Positions 59,848 through 64,000 of a stretch of DNA of 64,000 bases are shown here, piece after piece. The stretch comes from a virus. Position 1 is the stretch's first letter, and every line of letters starts with the position of its first letter. The notes beneath the pieces were generated by a model. It saw nothing but the letters and a program-made list of their open reading frames with translations, made no database searches and had not been told where the DNA came from. The DNA lies in IMG/VR virus record IMGVR_UViG_3300037264_004862, positions 1-64,000 of that record, one strand, 5' to 3'. The translations under genes and the position numbers were made by a program.

Positions 59848-62262
59848 TTATGCATTCGACCTATCCAACGGAATCACAATGCTTCCATTTTTAAGATTGA
59901 AACTTTTAAATTTTTCTTTCCAGACTACCCTCATACGTACACCATGCCCTTCTTTGAAGGCGTCCTCGCCATTAGATGCAAGGTCGTCGCGCCAGACCAT
60001 CACTCTAACATTTTCAACGCCGTCTGTGACAATAAGCTCACCGAATTCGGTGTTTTTACGTCTTAACGAAAATTTATCGATATAAACTTCTAAAATGCCA
60101 GATTTTTTAGCCGAGGCTATAGAAGCTTCAGTATCATGTACATATAAATCCATCGGAGAATGACAAGTATAACCAAGATAAGCTCGTTCAAAAGTCAATA
60201 GTTCTTCTAAGTTGAAATCATCAGATATTGCCATAACTTGGTCACGCGTAAGCTGCAAATTTTTAGCGATTTCCCAAGTAGCTTCATCATAGCTATCTGG
60301 AAGTTTGAGTTCTGCTTTTGGCCATGGCGTTTTTGGCGTCCATTTTGCAATTTTAGGCGGCAATACTTTACGTTTGGGGTATTGTGTATAAAATTCTTTA
60401 GCTTGACGCTGCCGTTCGGTTTCAATGGCCGTTAACGGCCAAGCATACGTACATTTAATAAGTTTTCTTATTTGTTTGCTGTCTTCATCGGTGCCATACT
60501 CATATTGATACCAAAGCCATGTAGCTTTACGATTTTTGTGTTGCTTATCGAATGCGCCTAGTTTAATTAGGCGCTCACATACAGTTTTACCTTTACCATT
60601 TTTAACAATAAAGTCGTCAATGTCAGTGTAAATACTACGGTTGGCTGCCATTGTTTCAGCCATCTTCCCATCCATGTTCTTAATGCTCGTTAGACCTGGA
60701 GTAACAACTTCTTCGTTCACTGAGAACTTAAGAGTAAGCTTATCACAATCAATAGATCCGAATTTGACACCTTCAGCGCGCGCATTACCCATATACTTGG
60801 CTAGCTTCATGCTGTCACAATCAGACATAACCGCTGCCCACCACTCAGCTGGATAATAAGCTTTTAAATATAAGCATCGTTGTGCTATAATGATGTAAGC
60901 AGTAGCGTGGGATTTATTAAAGGCATATCGGCCGAATGTTTCCATTTTATCCCACCATTCAGCCGCTTTTTCTTTGCCAAGAGTATTACATGCGCCTGCA
61001 AGCCACTTTTCTTTAACTGCCGGAAGTTTTTCTTTAATTTTCTTAGCGACGGCTTTTCTTGCCGCTTCAGCCTCTGGTACAGTAAATCCTCCTAAACCAC
61101 GCCAAATATCAGCTAATTGCTCCTGGTATACAACTACGCCAAAAGTACTTTTCAGCTTTTCTTTAATAGTTGGATCCTCACCATTTTCCCATTCCTCCTC
61201 ACCATCACGTCTCTTAACGTAGGTCTCAATCATCGGCATAGGGCCCGGACGGCCCAATGACGTATAGACAACCAAATCGTCAAAACTTTTAACGCCATTC
61301 ATGAGAATACGTTTCGCTAGTTCCGTTTCGAACTGGAAGACGGTTTCTGTTCTTAATTGCCTAGCTAACTCTAATGCGCCTTGGTCATTAAGTAAGATTG
61401 GATTTTTATTACCATCAACATCAATTTTCCAACCTGCGCGGTCCACTTCAGGATCAATATCAGTCCATTCAATAGTTACACCACGATTGGCTTTAATTAG
61501 TTCTAGACATGTTTTGATCCATAACAACGTCCTCAATCCTAGAATATCGAATTTTACGAATCCCATCTTCGAGAGCTGTGATGAAATGCTTTCAGTCCAA
61601 GCACTGGTCCAGCGCCCGCTGCATAAAGTCAAAGGTACATGATCCTTAATTGGCACATTTGATATAATAATACCACCCGCGTGGCGACCTTGTGCCTTGA
61701 TACCACCTACCATTCGGTAAGCCATATCAACTATCTCTTTATGTTCAATGGCGTACTTATGGAATTCCTGATAGTCTTTAATAGCATCTGTTAATTTTAA
61801 GTCGTCAAATTCGTCTGGCAAAATTTTAGTGAGGGCCATAATGGCGTCGAGGTCGCCCCCGAGGGCACGTACTGTGTCTTGTAAGGCCAATTTTGGTTTA
61901 TAGGTCTGCCACAACCCTACGCTGCAGACCTTATCGTGACCATAAACACTTGCGGCATATGTCTCAACTTTTTCTCGAGTACCAGGCAAAAGATCAATGT
62001 CAACATCCGGAAAGTCAGTCTCATACTTGATATTATGTGGAATGTTTTCTTTAATTGGGTCGATAGAAGTGATACCCAATAGGTAAGGCAAAACCATACC
62101 ATTCTTATTATGATTATATTTATTTTTTGAGAAACTAAGCCACTTGTCCTCAGCGCCTTGTTTTTCAATTTCTGAGAATTCGAATTTTAGGCGATCATGA
62201 TAGACTTTAGATAATGGCTTACATTTAGTTTCAGCTTCAATTTTAAGCTCTGTCCAAGTCAT
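59848..62262 (-). CDS. dnaE: DNA polymerase III alpha subunit, catalytic/C-terminal part
   Basis: FPDVDID, HAGG, KFDILGL, VFQF, RPGPM, VYQEQ, YAFNKSHA, OB-fold tail. Confidence 0.92.
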   Translation of the reverse strand: MTWTELKIEAETKCKPLSKVYHDRLKFEFSEIEKQGAEDKWLSFSKNKYNHNKNGMVLPYLLGITSIDPIKENIPHNIKYETDFPDVDIDLLPGTREKVETYAASVYGHDKVCSVGLWQTYKPKLALQDTVRALGGDLDAIMALTKILPDEFDDLKLTDAIKDYQEFHKYAIEHKEIVDMAYRMVGGIKAQGRHAGGIIISNVPIKDHVPLTLCSGRWTSAWTESISSQLSKMGFVKFDILGLRTLLWIKTCLELIKANRGVTIEWTDIDPEVDRAGWKIDVDGNKNPILLNDQGALELARQLRTETVFQFETELAKRILMNGVKSFDDLVVYTSLGRPGPMPMIETYVKRRDGEEEWENGEDPTIKEKLKSTFGVVVYQEQLADIWRGLGGFTVPEAEAARKAVAKKIKEKLPAVKEKWLAGACNTLGKEKAAEWWDKMETFGRYAFNKSHATAYIIIAQRCLYLKAYYPAEWWAAVMSDCDSMKLAKYMGNARAEGVKFGSIDCDKLTLKFSVNEEVVTPGLTSIKNMDGKMAETMAANRSIYTDIDDFIVKNGKGKTVCERLIKLGAFDKQHKNRKATWLWYQYEYGTDEDSKQIRKLIKCTYAWPLTAIETERQRQAKEFYTQYPKRKVLPPKIAKWTPKTPWPKAELKLPDSYDEATWEIAKNLQLTRDQVMAISDDFNLEELLTFERAYLGYTCHSPMDLYVHDTEASIASAKKSGILEVYIDKFSLRRKNTEFGELIVTDGVENVRVMVWRDDLASNGEDAFKEGHGVRMRVVWKEKFKSFNLKNGSIVIPLDRSNA

Positions 62263-62648
62263 TTAGCCTCTGCTTTTACCATTTCCTGTAATGCTTTCAT
62301 TGTAGTTGCTTTGCCAATCGTAACTTTCAGATTTGTAAATGGATCGGCGGCCTTCCGTGTACGCTCTACTAAATCGATATTACGCTCAGCTTTGGCTTTA
62401 TAGTTACCTTTCTCATTCTTCTCCATAAGCCGAGGAACATAAGAATTACAAGATTCTAATTCTATTTCTGGCTTGTTATCTTTAATGGCCTTTAAAGCAT
62501 ATTCTAATGCATAAAGCTCAGCTAGATTAGTGGTAGCCTTATTTAGTTTAATTGTTTTGATATATTCTTGGTCGCCACTCTTTAACCATATACCAAAGGC
62601 AGCCTTATCTTTAGAGGCATAACCATAAAACTGTCCTGTGATCTTCAT
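62259..62648 (-). CDS. RNase HI-like fold protein, probably inactive
   Basis: TTNLAELYAL, NSYV, N.DL motifs but no N-terminal TDG aspartate. Confidence 0.6.
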   Translation of the reverse strand: MKITGQFYGYASKDKAAFGIWLKSGDQEYIKTIKLNKATTNLAELYALEYALKAIKDNKPEIELESCNSYVPRLMEKNEKGNYKAKAERNIDLVERTRKAADPFTNLKVTIGKATTMKALQEMVKAEAK

Positions 62649-63073
62649 TTTCTTTCCTTTTCCTTTACTTCTTTAAGCACTGCCATGCATTTACTAACAT
62701 AATCAAGTGCCCATTGTTTGTAAGCAAATACTTCGTTTGGAGCTGGTGTAACTACTGGTAGTACTACATTTAGCTGTTTCGCATATGCCTGTATAGCTTC
62801 CTGCATTCCACGCAATGGTACAGTAATTAACCTTACCAAATCGTCGGCCATTAAAGCTTTCACATTAACTGGGGTATTTTCATCGAGATTTTCTACGGCA
62901 AGCTTAGCTACGTCTATCCATTTGAAATAATATTTTGTCAATGCAATATCAGTCTGGTCATTAGACGGAAGATTGCCTACCCATAGAGATGACATAGCAG
63001 TTACTTGGGCAGCTTCGGCCAATAACGTCATCAGCATCTCTTTGTTAATTTCTTGCTGCTGTTGGTTTTCCAT
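62645..63073 (-). CDS. hypothetical protein between the dnaE halves
   Basis: GAGG RBS; 142 aa helical. Confidence 0.65.
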   Translation of the reverse strand: MENQQQQEINKEMLMTLLAEAAQVTAMSSLWVGNLPSNDQTDIALTKYYFKWIDVAKLAVENLDENTPVNVKALMADDLVRLITVPLRGMQEAIQAYAKQLNVVLPVVTPAPNEVFAYKQWALDYVSKCMAVLKEVKEKERK

Positions 63074-63079
63074 AATTCC

Positions 63080-64000
63080 TCACATATCAACCTTCAACAT
63101 GAATCCACCTCGACTTGGTGACAAAAAGCGGTCGAAACTCAAACCCCATTTCAGTGGATCCATATCATGTATGCCCAGAAGGTAACATACTAAGCTACCT
63201 CCAGCCGACCCTCGCGCAGGACCAACATCCCAACTGTTATCTCTGGCGTGTTGAACAAGATTACGGGTGATCAAGAAGTATGATGAGAATTTCTTCTCAA
63301 TAATCCTACTAAGCTCTATGCGTATTTGCTCTTTATAGGTTACCATTTTACTATCAATTAAATAACGATTTTCACACTTATGAAGCCCTTTATGTATGAG
63401 AGATTGGGCTACAAGTTTTTGGATCATCTCATCGGCGCCTTGAATTTCTGGAAGCTTAGGTGATAGATCAGGCGCAAAAGCTGAACACTTTTCTGAAATG
63501 GCCATCGTATTATCACAGACTCGCTCGAACCAGTTTATGTTGTCGTATTTATCATATCCCTGTTCAACATAAATCTGCCTAAACTGAGCTCGATTCTTGA
63601 AAAACCCTTCATCAGAATCAACATGGAACAAATTCGGATCAGTAACCAAAGTATTCTGTTCAACTGCCATCATTGTCTTTTGTAGTTCAAAATCACGGCG
63701 ATGAAGGTAATGCAAATCGCCTGTCATTACCGCTGGAATTTCAAGCTTTTTAGATATATCAGACATCTGATAGAAGACCTCTCGAGCGCCTTCGATTGAT
63801 TCTCCTGGAATTTGAAGTTCAATATAGAAATCATCACCAAAGACATCACGCATTTTCTTAGTATAATCAATTGCTTTCCGGTAATAGTTTATCGTGCCAA
63901 TTTTATTGTTCTTAGCTTTTTCTTTATGGGCAAGACGGAGCTCATGACAAATTGGACCATTCAAACATCCCGACAATACTATCAAACCTTCACGGTACTT
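63080..64000 (-). CDS. dnaE: DNA polymerase III alpha subunit, N-terminal PHP-containing part (5' end beyond the window)
   Basis: EGLIVLSGCL.G, FYIELQ, TGD.HY, YFLI, GPARGSAGGSLV.YLLGI..DP. Confidence 0.9.
   Translation of the reverse strand, partial: KYREGLIVLSGCLNGPICHELRLAHKEKAKNNKIGTINYYRKAIDYTKKMRDVFGDDFYIELQIPGESIEGAREVFYQMSDISKKLEIPAVMTGDLHYLHRRDFELQKTMMAVEQNTLVTDPNLFHVDSDEGFFKNRAQFRQIYVEQGYDKYDNINWFERVCDNTMAISEKCSAFAPDLSPKLPEIQGADEMIQKLVAQSLIHKGLHKCENRYLIDSKMVTYKEQIRIELSRIIEKKFSSYFLITRNLVQHARDNSWDVGPARGSAGGSLVCYLLGIHDMDPLKWGLSFDRFLSPSRGGFMLKVDM

Noticed and set aside
62259-63079. Split intein or intron between the dnaE halves
   Set aside because: No intein terminal motifs, and the interval is filled by two closely coupled ORFs with no room for intron RNA structure.
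1-64000. Genome-wide UGA or UAG reassignment
   Set aside because: Long conserved genes are uninterrupted in code 11, and many genes end in TGA or TAG abutting the next start.

Overview
A 64-kb segment of a large (jumbo/huge) tailed bacteriophage genome in the standard code, mostly minus-strand. Part 1 (1-15 kb) is moderately GC-rich and looks like an early/host-takeover region. It holds dense small ORFs (phosphatase, kinase-like, GNAT, HNH, SH3-like, C39-like peptidase), two tRNAs, about 16 co-oriented copies of a GTA(A/C)CACA motif and several heavily structured non-coding stretches. It also holds two genes missed by the ORF track that carry an in-frame UGA followed by a bacterial SECIS-like hairpin at identical spacing, i.e. 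candidate phage selenoproteins. Part 2 (15-25 kb) is AT-rich and dominated by a tandem array of about 21 paralogous small proteins (N-terminal LIxxWL helix, variable middle, C-terminal DPxFFxKL helix), interrupted by a 1-kb GC-rich island carrying an atypical tRNA-Gly. Part 3 (25-46 kb) carries Thg1, GDP-fucose synthase, two trypsin-like proteases, a metallophosphoesterase, a prohead-protease-like protein, purB, glycosyltransferases and lipoproteins. Part 4 (46-64 kb) is the replication module: flap exonuclease, gp32-like SSB, UvsY-like, minimal PolA-like, DnaB-like helicase, RecA, UDG, and a DnaE split over two genes without an intein. All functional calls come from motif recognition by eye; no database searches were run.
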